The position numbers and the translations under genes were made by a program. Below the pieces are notes generated by a model. The model was not told the DNA's origin and did not search any database. It saw nothing but the letters and a program-made list of their open reading frames with translations. A stretch of 64,000 nucleotides of DNA, taken from NCBI GenBank assembly GCA_050575255.1, contig JBNZDD010013577.1:1155696-1219695 (forward strand), read 5' to 3'. Source of the stretch: Harriotta raleighana. Lineage: Eukaryota. Positions 25,276-38,174 of the stretch are shown piece by piece. How positions within the stretch are numbered: the stretch's first letter is position 1; each line of letters starts with the position of its first letter.

Positions 25276-25934
25276 TTCATAATTCTATAGTCTTCTAATT
25301 GCATTGTTCATCTTTTTCGCATTAATGTTTTCCGCGTGTAATATCCATCTCTTTTACAGCAGTGACTCTGCCTGGGAATCAGTCAGTCTTATTTTGATGG
25401 GACACAATGAACAACAATCTCCTGTTAAGAGTCTCCTGACCCACTGGAGGCACAATGCAGCGAGGAGCAACGTCAACAATTGGTGCTGTAAGTCTCGGAT
25501 AATTGTAATATTTATCTCGCAAAGTGTTTGTTTTGAAAATTGCAGTTTTGACGTCTTTCAGCTAACAAAAGAAAATGGGCTCTACATTTTCAACCTACAT
25601 TTGCAAATTTTCACTTATCGCACTGTGAGTTGAGTGAAATCTGTAGATACAAGGATGGCAGAATGGAAATACACACATTTTAACATTAATGGAGTTCTGA
25701 ATGTTTCTGGTGAAGTACTTGGTTGTGAATGTCAGACAGAGACATTCATCGATCTGGGTGCACGCATGTAAGTGTGGCTCTCACTGATCCTTCCACTGAT
25801 TATTTATTTCCTAGCCAGGGTTTTTCTCAATTTCTTCAAACACTCACATCCTCCAATAAAGGGCAAATTTGTTTTAGAAAAACATACAACACAAATAGAA
25901 CAAAAAACGTGAAACCAGAACCATAATGTTAGAT

Positions 25935-26795
25935 ATGCTAAGATATTGTGTGCAGTTCTGGTCTCCACATTATAGAAAGGATGTAGAGGCACCAGAGAAG
26001 GAGCAAAGGAGATTTACAAGGTTGATACCATAACTGCAAGGTTATACCTATAAGGAAAAGCTGAACAAGCCTGGACTCCTTTCTCTTGAAAACAAAAGGG
26101 TGAGGGGTGACCGAATAAAATTATGAAACATTTTTATAGGGTAGACGTAGAGAAGATGTTTTCACTTGTGGGGGAGACCAAAATCAGGGGCCATAAATAT
26201 AAAATAATCACCAATAAATCAAATGGGGAAGTCAGAAGAAACTTCTTTACCCAGAGAATGGTGGGAATGTGGAACTTGCTACCACAAGGATTAGTTGAGG
26301 CTAATAACATGGATGCATTTAAAGGGATGCCAGATAAGTGCATGAGGGAGAAAGGAATAGAAGGTTATCCTGATAGGCTTACATTAATAATAATAATAAT
26401 ATTACTAATCCTTGCATTTGATATAGGGCTTTTCACGTCTTCTAGATGTCTCAAAGTGCTTCACGGAATATACTGTAAAGTGAATTGACTGTATATTTGT
26501 GGATGAAACATGGGGCCCAATTATGCACAGCAGTGTCCCACAAACAGTCGTGGATTGAAATGACCAAATTATAATTTTTTTGAGGGATTGTTATTAGGCA
26601 TGTGGAGTAAGGAAATTTCCCCAAGGTTTTGCCCTGAGTTGCTGGGAATTGAACCCACGTCTCTCACTTGTAAGGCAAGTGTTCTAACCACTGATCTACA
26701 GGACTTAGTTGAACATGTGGAGCATAAATGCCAGCATAGACCAGTTGGGCTGAACGGCTTGTTTCTTTCTGGAGAGTCTATGTAATTCTATGTAA
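25935..26795 (+). mobile_element. CR1 3' fragment interrupted by a SINE
   Basis: RVDVEKMFSLVGETKIRGHKYK...RNFFTQRMVGMWNLLPQ; ends tctatgtaattctatgtaat. Confidence 0.9.
26385..26703 (-). mobile_element. Family A SINE inserted in CR1
   Basis: (AAT)n tail, body and tRNA head in reverse. Confidence 0.92.
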
Positions 26796-27009
26796 TCAGT
26801 GCCTTAGAATTATGAAGGGCAAATCTAAAGCAGACTTCTGAAAGCATGTTTTTGCACAAAAACAATAAATTACACTTGTTTCACGCCAGAAAGACATCTC
26901 GAGGCAAAGATGATAAATAAGAGCTGAAACAAGTTACCAGACCAGCACGCTTGATTCAATAAAAAAAAGTTATGCTGCAGATTTTGTAAATAGTAATTGC
27001 ATGACACGT

Positions 27010-27432
27010 AGCTCCTTATCACATCATTGAATCACTTCAAAGTGCTTTACAGGATTTACTGTGAATTGACTATGTACTTATAAGCAAAGGTAGCAGTCAA
27101 TTTGTGCAAGGCAATATCCTACAAACAGCCATGAAGTGAATGAACAATTGTATCTGGAGAATTGTTGGCCAAGACACGGGGAGAAACTTTCTTCTTGAAT
27201 ATAAGATCTTTAATGTCCACCTGAACAGTGAGCCTTGGTTTAAAATGAAGGATTGTACCTTTGACAATGAAGCAACAACAACAAATGACGCTTAGATAGC
27301 GCCTATCAATCTCCTCTCCCCCACACTACACTGGGAGTATTAACTTAGACCATGAGCTCAACCTCCTGACTTGGGGCTTGAACCCATTACCTTTAGACTC
27401 AAAGGTGAGGTTGCTACCAACTGAGTCAGAAT
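27010..27432 (-). mobile_element. Old Deu-type SINE (family B)
   Basis: gatctttaatgtccacctgaac and head ggcttgaacccat...gctaccaactgagtca in reverse. Confidence 0.75.
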
Positions 27433-28380
27433 GACTTTTGGTATTTCAGAAGGATGAGATCAAATGGGGACAAAAACATCCTTACTTCTCTCTCTTGGTG
27501 TTTCTTCATAGCCACTCTAGCCCAAACTCAAAGCTATCAGAGCCTGCTGCCTTGGGCAACCTTTCTTGTTATCTTTGCTTTAGTAAAGGTTAGCATTGAC
27601 TCTGATGGCTCAAGTGAATTGATGCTCTGTTGATACAGCAAGCTCAGGGGCACCAGGCTATGCCCTGCCATTGGAACATCAATAATTTTGGTTGGTTACA
27701 CCGACCACAGTATAAACCATATTCTCATCCCTTCATCAGTACTGAGATGGACTATTCATTAAGGCCCCTTGCTTATTTGATAACTAATCATTGGATTGAT
27801 GTAGTACAAACAGCCTCTACAAGCTAATAAATAGGATATTGTTTATTTAAACCTTCACAAAATAAATTGAAATTCACATACAGAGTGGCCTGTCTATGCC
27901 ACGAAGCAGAAAGTGCAACAATCAATCAATTAATCAATAATTAATCATGGAGGGGCATTGATTTCAGTGTTTTCTGGCTTATTAATGGTATTGGTTATTT
28001 GTAGGCTACTAAATGATTAGGCATAATCCATTAGTCAGGTATTAAAATAAATGGACTTCAAGATCAAATAATTAATTATAAACCATCTGCATCTAATGAT
28101 TAATGAATCATGAAATGCTATCACAGAACTAAAGCTCTTTTTAATATTACTTGTTCCCTGCATTGACCCATGATGGTGGCAAAGAGATAATAACTGTATT
28201 AAGCAATTTGAATTGCTTTTAGAATGGATTTTGACTGCAGTTGTGAGACTCAGTCCTCATCTCGCCATCTCCGTTTCCAATAATGATTATATTAGAAAGG
28301 CTGATATTTAGCGCAACAATGTATAGTTTCCAATAACCCGCTTGTCAATTTCAAATCTATTTCATATCCTAAAGTATACA

Positions 28381-28399
28381 GGGCTGCCACCTACTGCCT
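28381..28399 (-). promoter_or_regulatory. Candidate CTCF site
   Basis: Reverse complement aggcagtaggtggcagccc resembles the CTCF core CCASYAGRKGGCRS (one mismatch); motif match only. Confidence 0.3.
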
Positions 28400-28794
28400 G
28401 GGATAATTTTACTACAACCTAACCTGAGCGCACAGCCAAAGATTGACAGTGTAATACTGCCTGTGTTTGGTCCTATTGTTTGGAGAAGCTTGTGCTCACT
28501 TCATTGCCCCATTTTGCTTTCATAGTCCAAAGACCAATCTGATATTTGGGACGTGCAATTAATGCATGCAATCCAGTTTGCAGTATTGCCAATGTGTCAT
28601 TGACACACTAAGGTAAGCTGTGACAGAGGAATCTCTCTCTTCCGTAGTTGAAAGTAATGGCTTGTACTACCTGTTAAGTGTACCTTCCTCCTCCACCGCC
28701 TCTCCACTCTCATTCACCTCAGTGGGTCAGCACTTGTATGGTTCAAGTCCTCCTTTACAAACCGCCAATAATACATCCTGGTAAATGGTTTTTC

Positions 28795-29930
28795 CACCCA
28801 TCCTGCCTTAGTCCCCTTCTTTTCTTCATCTACATGCTCCTTCTTGGTGATGTCATCTGCAGACATGGGGTCAGGGAGTTCTGTAGCTCAGTGGTTAGAG
28901 CACTCACCTCACAAGTGAGAGATCTGGGTTCAATTCCCAGCAGGACAAAATAATTGGCAAGTTTACTTACTCCACATGCCTCTATTTACCTAACAGTGAA
29001 TAGGAACCCAGTTGTTAGCAGATTTGTGGATTGCATTTTGTGGATAATAATTCCTTGATTTAAAAAAAATTCATAATAAGAATTTGGTCACTCAATCCAC
29101 GCCTGTTTGTGGGACACAGCTGTGTGCAATCAGCTGGCGAGTTTCACCCAGAAAATATAAAGTCAATTCACTTTACAGTATATTCTGTGAAGCACTTTGA
29201 GACATCTCGAAGACATGATTAGACTCAAATGCAAGGATTATTATTACTATTCAGATGACATCCAAATTTCTTCCTCCTCCAGCAGTAACCCCCAGTCTGC
29301 TGATGTCTTGTCATCTTGTTTGACAGACATTAATGCCTGGATGACCTGCAGCTGAATGCTCGCAAGATGGAAGCCATACTCTTTGGCGACCGTCAATGTT
29401 TTCTCTTCTGCCGGTCTGAACTCCTGAACCTCCCCAGGCTCTCTCTTAAACTCACCAAACCCATGAGCAACTGAGGCATCAGGTTTGATCAGCAACTTTC
29501 CTGTCTATCCCTCATCCTTTCCCAGGACTTCTGTCGGGAAGGTTGAGAAGTTCAGATCTGTAGAAGAGAAGACATTGACATCAGCCAAAGCTAACATTTA
29601 GCTGTAGGTATTTACGTTCATCCAAATGATCATTGTCTGCCTCCATCCATACCTCACAACCAATGCAACTGAAACCCCGTCCTTGCTTTCATCACTGCAC
29701 CAATGCCCTCCTTGCTGGTTCCACCACCTCCATATACAAAATTCAATTATACTTTCCCGCCCCCATATTCAAGTGCAGAAAAACTCTGTTACTTCCTTCA
29801 TACCAGTCTTTCGCCAGGCTCCACTGGCTCCCAATTACCGAATGGATCAATTTCAAGATCCTTTCACTTGTTTTCAAAATCCCTTCATGCGTCAAAAGCG
29901 CTTTTATAAACACAAGTTGTTAGTGTTGTT
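28795..29930 (+). mobile_element. Old L2 LINE fragment interrupted by a SINE and an inverted insertion
   Basis: LSPLLFFIYMLLLGDVICRHGV upstream of the SINE; SDDIQI downstream; ARLHWLPITEWINFKILSLVFK. Confidence 0.8.
28875..29251 (+). mobile_element. Full-length family A SINE (long subfamily)
   Basis: ggagttctgtagctcagtggttagagcactc head; extra central segment tttacctaacagtgaataggaaccc; (ATT)n tail. Confidence 0.92.
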
Positions 29931-32900
29931 AAGGTAGATGTTAAGGTAGATGGCACTTTGTGGAAAGAGAAGGAGTTTCACCCGTTGTCCTGGCCAACGA
30001 TCTCCCAGTTAAAAATTGATCATTCACTTCATGGCTATATGTAGGTCTTTGCTGTGTGTAAATTGGCTACTACATTCACCTACATTGTGAGATAAGGTGC
30101 TCTATCAACTGCAATTAATTTAATGTACTACTGTAAATTTGAATGCAATATAAATATATATTTTGTAATTTGTTGAATGCTGCAACACTCTGGAAATTCA
30201 CAATTTCCATAAGGCTTTCAAGTCATTGCTTCATGAAGCCCTTATGAGAAAGGTGGAAACTATGGGAGTGTGTAGCCAAATATTGGATTTTATGAGGAAT
30301 TTGTCTGAGCTGTTAGCAGGAAACAATGCTCTCATGCATTCCATGTTGAGCTGTTGCTTTATCAAGAGACACGCAGGGAATTCCTTGTCCACTTTGTGAG
30401 GTCTCAAACCTGCATTGTTGGATGTTTACTGACCAGCTGTAGACTCTTCTCCTTGGTAGAGATATTAATGGGGTCTCCTTGGGACTGAGATGGCTTATAA
30501 GTGACATGTCTGGAATTTTAGAATCAAATCGATCCTCTGTGATGGTCTTGGTGCTCTATTCCGTGAGTGAGGCAAGTCTGCAATATTACAATCATGACAG
30601 CTAAACCACACTGGATTATTGAGAAGACTAGGAATGGACAGAAAAACAGAGTCAGGATCACTTTATGGTATTATTACCATCTGATAATGGGCAAGCCTGT
30701 GAACTTTGAGCCTTTCTGGCACAAACTGTGGAACTGATTTGACAAAAGTCCTTCAAAATGGAAAGGGAAAAATCTGTCCCGTTTTGTACCAGGGTTCCAT
30801 TGGTAGCTTTCAGATATATCAGTCAGTTGGGTCACATAGCAACACAGAAGTGTCACAGTGAAGGTCTTTGGCATGAAAAAAACATTCTTTTCAGAATCCA
30901 ATTTGAAATGCAAGCGTTTGCAATTAACCTACTTTTAGAAATGTAGCCCCCTGATTACAAAAAGTTATCAAATTAAAGCAGTGCATATGTTGCTAGCCTA
31001 AACTAAGGGGCAACAATCTGTATTATCCCTCACCCTATTCTTGTACCTGATCTTGTATTGGATTTTTCTCCATTTCAAAGCCCTGCCAAAGTGTTCTGCT
31101 CAGGCCTCTGTTTGGCACCAAACTGCAGCTAGGTTTGTATCCCACACAGTATTAACTTATGTTTAGATTTGCTCTGCTATTTCCTCCTTTGTGCAATCAA
31201 TATGATCTCACATCTGTGTGCCAGTCCATCAATCAGAAACAAACGCCAAAGGTGCAATTCAGTAATAATACGTAGAGTCAACTTCATATACAAACTCGGT
31301 GAAAGTGAATGCCTGCCAAGAGCTTTTTCCAAGTTTCCATGCTTAATTGCTCAATTATCGAAAAAAAATTGTTATTATTATCATAATAGTTGCATTTGTT
31401 TGTGAACATCGGTCATAATAAAACTTTAAGAGCGGCCTGGTCTACTTTTTATCCTTTGTGAAGTGAAGAACCTTTACCTGACTCTAACCTCCCTTCCTCA
31501 TCAATCCCACTCACCCCCACACCCCCTACAACCCTCATACAGTCATCTCATGCTATTGATGAATTCACCCTATAATAACAATCCATTCATAACCTTTCAT
31601 TTCCAAGAGTTTCACAGGATTTACTGTAAAGTGTTGTAACTGTACCATACTATGGTATGAAATTCCAATGTGATTAGTAAATGACCTAGAAGCACAATAT
31701 CAACTTTTTTGAGGTTAATGGTGCCAATAAGTGAAGAAAATGCACTTATATTATACTGAAATCTACTGAACACTTAAAGTAAAAGCAGTGCAGAACAGAC
31801 AAATCAATCAAAATTAAATTTATATCGTGCTTTTCACGTCGAGAGGCCAAGCCATGACTCGAATGAGGTAAATTATGTTGTTCTGCTAGATCTTAAAACA
31901 GTGCTCTTTTCCTGTTATCCACTCTAACATCAAGAAAGAAGAAATATTAAGTATTGTGCAATTTACCCAATCTGAATTAAGACGTTTTACATTTCATGCA
32001 CTTTAATCACTTTTGATAATCTGTTCTCAAAGATTGTGTCCCAGCCAAAGTCAATAGAAGAGTTCAGCCAATGAAGCCCAATACATCTCGTGGTCTTACT
32101 GTCTTAGAATATAATGTTATGCAGAATTTTATTCATAATCTTCAAATCAGCCCAATTTGGAAGATGGCTTCCTACCTATAGAAATTCTGATGCCAATTCT
32201 ACTCTACCATCAAATCAGAGTTTCCATGGATTGATGTTGACTAGTAGGAATCATAACGTGTAAATCCTTTGAATCCTTGATGTAAATATTATGTGTTTGA
32301 CTCCACTAACAACCCCACTGGTGTTTTGATGTAGTGCTGTACTCCTTATTCAATATAGAATTCAAAAGTTGATCACAAGGTTACGATCCTGTACAAATCC
32401 ACTTCTCAAGTATCTCTACTCATAAAAAGTAACGCTCATTTGTTATCCGGGATCTTGGAAGCATGGAAAAATGATTGATTTTCAGGTCATTCGGCCATCA
32501 CTGACAACACCAGCTGTGTGTTATTTGCTGTGTGCAGGAAGTGATATCAGCAGAGCATCCTATGTGTAGTGCAAATATGCACAATGTGCAGGAAGTGACT
32601 TCAGTGGTGACCTGACGACCTGGCAGTCAACCATTTATTAGTGCAAAAAATCAGGTTAGTCAACCCTGGAAGGTGAGATTATCCGCACACTCAGCAAACT
32701 GTGCTCAACTGGAACACCGTCTAATAGGGCCACCCTGTCTTCTGTAACAGCTGTTGTTAGTTTTTGTATATACTGTATGTATGTATTGTTTCTGCATAAG
32801 CAACATACATTTGAAATGCAATGTGATGGAGTTCTGGGTGTTCTGCTCGGTGATTTTAATCAGATGTCTGTGATCAGGCTCTGTGGGCCTCTGGTACTTT

Positions 32901-33429
32901 GTATATCAAACTCGGTAGCAGCCTCAGGTATTGTTTATTGGTAATTTAGTTCAGTGAATGAATTGTTAGGATTAAATCCCTTCATTTTCAGTACAGTTAA
33001 ATAAAATGAATAATGGAATGATTTTTGTTTATTTGAAAAAGAGCAGGGAATTTCCCCTGTGTCCTGGCCAACAATTCGAATAAAATTGGTCAATGGCTAT
33101 TTTGTTGCAATATTGATATGTGAAAATTGGCTTCTGTGTTCATCCATAAATACAGTCACTCCACCTCACAGTAAATCCTGAGAAGCTCTTTGAGTCATCT
33201 CCTGCTGTGAAAGGCACTGTATCAAATGCAAGAATTATTTTTTTTTTTTTACAAGGATTGCTGATTGTTTCTTAAATTAGTAATATACATAAGATAATGC
33301 ACAATTAATACATTTGACTTACTGGCTTAGAAAGGATCCTTTAGTACACTTCTGCGAGTTTTTCCCCAACCTTTAGAATTCTATTTCACCATGTATTGTT
33401 GCTTATGCGGAAACTATACAGTCCAATAG

Positions 33430-33902
33430 CTAATTTGTACAGAATACCCACCCTGCTGTCGTCCCATCACAGGAACAAACTTTATTTCAACCACACATCA
33501 TGACAATCTGATGCTATGGTTGTGCTACGCTCTGAGACCCAATGTCCAATATTAATATCACAACAATAATAATTTGATATTGCATCTTTATATTGAATTG
33601 TTAAGATGTAGCTCAGTGATTAGAGCACTTGCTGTAGAAGTGTTAGACCTGTGTTCGAATCCAGGCAGGTCAGGGTGAAACCTTGGGCAAGTTTCCTTCC
33701 TCCACACGCCTAATAATAATCCCTCCCCCAAAAAATTAAAAAATTGGTCATTTCAATCCACGAATATTTGTGGGACACTGCTGTGTGCAATTCGTAGCCA
33801 CATTTCACTCACAAGTATACAGTACACTCATATTCTATGAAGCGCTTTGAGCCATCTAGAAGACGTGAAAAGCTCTATAACAAATGCAAGGATTATTATT
33901 AT
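33430..33902 (+). mobile_element. Family A SINE with ~180-bp 5' extension (copy 1)
   Basis: 33430-33609 is homologous to 50427-50633; both run straight into a SINE head. Confidence 0.85.
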
Positions 33903-34124
33903 CCCTTCACCTTGCTTTCCTCCCCGATGCCTGCTTCAAGGCACTTCTCAAGACCCTCCTCTTTGACAGCAGCTTTGTTCACCCTCCAAGCCCTATTATT
34001 CCTGGCCTCCACCCATCCTGATCCCAAACCCCTACTCTAGTCCGAATTCCCTACTGTCCAGCCCCTCAGGAGATCCTCTCAATGCAAAAGGCGCTGTGTA
34101 AATGTAATTTGTTATTATTGTTGT
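33903..34124 (+). mobile_element. L2 3' end
   Basis: ctcaagaccctcctctttgac...aaaaggcgctgtgtaaatgtaattttgttattattgttg. Confidence 0.8.
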
Positions 34125-36244
34125 GAGGTGGGAGAAAGCACCTTTTCAGAAGAAAGGACATAGAGAATGAAACTGAAAATCAGGAATTAGTGAATGCTTT
34201 GCAGAGTTCAACCACTCAGCAATGTGAATTAGGATGTCTCAGGTTTATTGAGTTTGAATTACTTGATCACAGTTAGGGCACTAAATTGGCTTCAGAGCAT
34301 TATTTTAACTTTGGTGGTTTGCGAAGCACTATAATAAAGTTACTCTGACATCTGAGCACTTTTATTAATTTTAGTCTATTTTATTTCATTACAGGGCATG
34401 CCCTCAATTTGAGCAGAACTGGCCTGCCAGGGTGAGGTATGTAACTGGTCCTGCCAGCAGTCTCAGAATCCAATATTACATTACCACTTTTTACATTAGC
34501 TGTTTATTGTTAAAGTGCCCTAAACTCACTGCCGTCCAGACCTGCTCACCTGCTGCATGTCAGATGTGGGTGAAATAGCAGACATATGCCTGCACGAGAC
34601 ACCAACTTTGGGAGAGAAAAGGAGAAGATTGAGAGGGAGGGAACTTGTATGTCGAGAAGTATGTTCAGTCCCTAAATTTTATGAGTATTAGTTTTGTTTC
34701 TTGGCAATGAAGTGTCTGGAAACCAAGTTCCCATTTTTATTCACGCTAATGTAGTCTTTTAAACTCTATGGAGCATGAAAAACATGGAAACACTTTGCTG
34801 GTGGAAGCTAACACGCCAAATAATAGAACAGTTAACTTTCTTATTTCCAAAGCAGGAAGTTGTCTCCATGGATCTGTATTCCTTTATAATGTTATGACCC
34901 AATTTCCTAACCAATCAGGCGGTCTTAAGTGGCAAAATCAATCAAAATGAATTTCCTTCCATTTCCTGGCTGTTTTTGAACCGCATAGTGTTGTCCTTAT
35001 GTTAAGGTTAAATAATCAACCTTGTGTGAGGCTCTGCAGATTAACCTCTGCTTTATCTGCGTGTCATTGGAAAGCACAATCTTCATTTGCAAGAGCGAGA
35101 AGGGATCATTAGTAACATTGATAAGTGTGCCCAGAGATAAACTGAAGAGAAATCCTGTCATAATGCAGCTAGGAATCGCTTTGTTGTTATTTATGAAAGG
35201 TGCCATAATCTTTTGAGATCAGTTTTTGCAATGGTAATTAGCAGGAGATACATCAGAAACAATTAGAATACAACAGCTAGGCTGACAAGCCTGCCACACT
35301 GATCCTCCTGGCTAAGAGCATGGGAAATTCAATCAAATTAGTCTCCTCTTGGGATTGTATTAACAGTGTGCATCAAAGGTTTCAAATGAAACTGTGCATG
35401 ACTAGCTTCCCAAAAATAGAGTGAAGAAATGCATCAGTGGCGGAGTGAAATTGACATGCTCACAATGATAAGATCGCTTTGTTCTTTTGATGGTCACTTG
35501 ATAACTTGTATGTTTTCGGGTTGGAGTCTTTCTAGATTTTTCATATGTTTTTCATCTTTTGTGCTTGGGTTTGAACTTTGTGCTGACAAATGGAAGAGAC
35601 AATGGCTTACTTGCACATGTCAAGACTGGATAGAAGCATTTGATGCTTAAAAAGTCCATAAGAGCATTGAATGTTAACAATCCGTGATTCAGCAAGCATT
35701 GATACAATCAGAAATATGGGTAAGCTCATTGATGGAAATATCAACGGTATTGCATTTTATTGACTTTAAGAACTTTGGTCTTCAAATCCTTTCAAGGCTT
35801 TGCTCCTGATTCCTTACTTCCTATATAATCTATCTCCAAGCGTATTCTTCTGCCGCGTATACTCTCCATTTCTGGTCTACTTGCATGATCCTTTCTCCCT
35901 GTTATATCAAGATTGGATAGGAGCACTGGAGTCTATGAGAGGAGGAGAGCTGTGGGCAGTCAGTGGCTAAAAATGGGAAGATGGGTGCATTTGAACAAAA
36001 TGCAAAGAAAACAGAATTTGCAATTTTTGCAAGTCTTGCTCTTTTAAAGAATTTTGTTTGAAATTCCTATCATCTCTTGGCTGCTTTCATATCCTTTGTT
36101 TATATGCTTTCTCTTCTCTGATGTGGTGTTGGTTTCTTTTTCATTTACATTCTTTTAGTTTTAAATGCTCTTCGTGAGAGTTCATTCTTTTCTTTAGCCA
36201 GCAAGAGTCCTGCAGGAACTCATTTCAACAGCATTTTCTCACAT

Positions 36245-36545
36245 TGTACACTGCGTTACTGTGCAAATGCAGCAACAATTTGTGCCAGCGAGGCTTTAGT
36301 AAACGATATGAAATAAATGATGAATTTGTCAAGAGGATTGTTGATCAGGAGAACCTCTTTTCTTTTTCAAACAATGTCCTGCGATCTTTAATGTCCACCT
36401 GAGGATAGCTAGAAAGGACCTCAGTTTAACATCTCATTCCGATGCCAGCACCTCTGATAATACTCCCCGTGCTATGCAGGAGTGTCAATCTTGAGGCTTG
36501 AGCTCACAAAGTTCCCTGCCAGAATGCTTCTAACTAAGCCACATT
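36245..36545 (-). mobile_element. Old Deu-type SINE (family B)
   Basis: gatctttaatgtccacctga...cctcagtttaacatctca...ggagtgtca. Confidence 0.7.
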
Positions 36546-36995
36546 CACCCTGCGGCTCTTGTATCAACCAATTAATGCTGTGAACTACAGCAACAACAAC
36601 AAAATTACATTGATAGAGCACCTTTCACATTGGGAGGACGTCTCAAGGTGCTGAAACTAATATGTGAAGTTGCTGGGGTGTTCAATATACTGTAATATGC
36701 AGAAATTTAAGGAACTGTAGGAGCAGGATAACATTTTTTTTTGCCTTCACAAGCAATGGCATGTAAAATGCTTCTCTGAAAGGTACGGGAGCTGACAAGC
36801 TTTCAGAAGAAACTCTAAAGAACGATTTAATGGGAAACTAAGTGCACATTTTTATTTTATATTGTCAGGTGACATCAGCCATCAAAGATGTTATCTTCCA
36901 CTGTAATAGACTTGTCACAACTTTTCCCTCCTCCTTTTTGAACTGAATTGGATGTCACTTTCAATTTTGCCCACAAAGTATACAGTCAATTCAAT

Positions 36996-37665
36996 AACAA
37001 CAACTTGCACTTACATAGTGTCCTCCACGCAAAGCGTTTAACAGTGGAGGAGCCAAACTCCAAGTCTGGGATGGAGGTGGTGGGGGGAAAGGCAACTGTA
37101 AGGTCGTTTGAAAAGTAATATTTTAAGGCTTAGAAAGGGGAGAATGGGAGCAAGGCAGAGGAATTGAGGGGGAGTCATACAAAGTTTGGGGGCGTTGTGG
37201 TTGAAAACACGACCTCCAATGGTGGTGCAGAAGATGCAAGGGAAAAGCCGATGCCAGACGAGCGGAGGTGAGGGTGGCGGATTGGGAGGTGTCAGGGAAT
37301 TAAGCGATTTGAACACAAGTGTGAGGATTTTAACGTTGATCTCTGCAGTCATGGGAAGCCAGAGAAGCCTGGCCAGAACTGGCGAGAGGTAGGTATGGAG
37401 TTTGGTCCGGATCAGCTCGGGCGGCAGGGTTCTGTGAGGTGAATGGTGGAGCTGGGGAGACCGATGAGGGTACGTTTGAATAATCCAGGCATTGGGTGAC
37501 AAACGCATCCATGAGGGTTTGAGCTGCATTTGGATGTCTAGAATGTGCACTGGTTCAGTAAATCTGAGGGAGAGCTCAGGGAGATTGAAGAGCTTGGAGC
37601 CACAGGAGTGAAGAAATGGACGGGAGCCAAAGAGTATGGCTTCCATCTTGTCCAGATTCACTTAA
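36996..37665 (-). mobile_element. L2 3' fragment
   Basis: NLDKMEAILFGS, DAFVTQCLDYSN, LARLLWLPM..INVKILTLVFKSLN; (AAC)n tail. Confidence 0.88.
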
Positions 37666-38174
37666 CTTTTACAAAATTCAGAATCCAAAATTCACTTTAC
37701 AGATATTATTATTATTATATTATGTTATGTATTATGGACCTCTGCGCCACCGCTCCCTTCCGCTTCTAACAAGTCTATTGTGTGATGAATGTGCAGGGGA
37801 TGTTAGTGCTGTAAGTGCACACTTTACTCTACCCACAATGTGCCTCAGCCTCAAAATAATGTCCTCCATTTCACAACTGTGACATTTCCGTTCCCCACAC
37901 AAGGCAATGATCTCTTTGAATGAAAGGTCAATTTTGTGCATTGTGATCGAGCTCACTAGGAAATGATGTGAGACTGCCCCAAACTCATTTCACATGGAGC
38001 TCTTACAGTCGGAAGCAAGTGATAGCTACAAGTGAGAGAAACACTTAACACCACTGGTTGGTTTATATTTAAAACCATGTTCCAATGGCAAAAGGCCAGT
38101 GTGTTAATTCATTTCATCTGGAAGTATGATCCAAGCAGATCTCAAGGCTGTACAGGCAGACCCCTGATATTGGT

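Noticed and set aside
28875-28950. tRNA genes at SINE heads (also 13768, 38175, 58205, 63905)
   Set aside because: No proper acceptor stem; each continues into SINE body.
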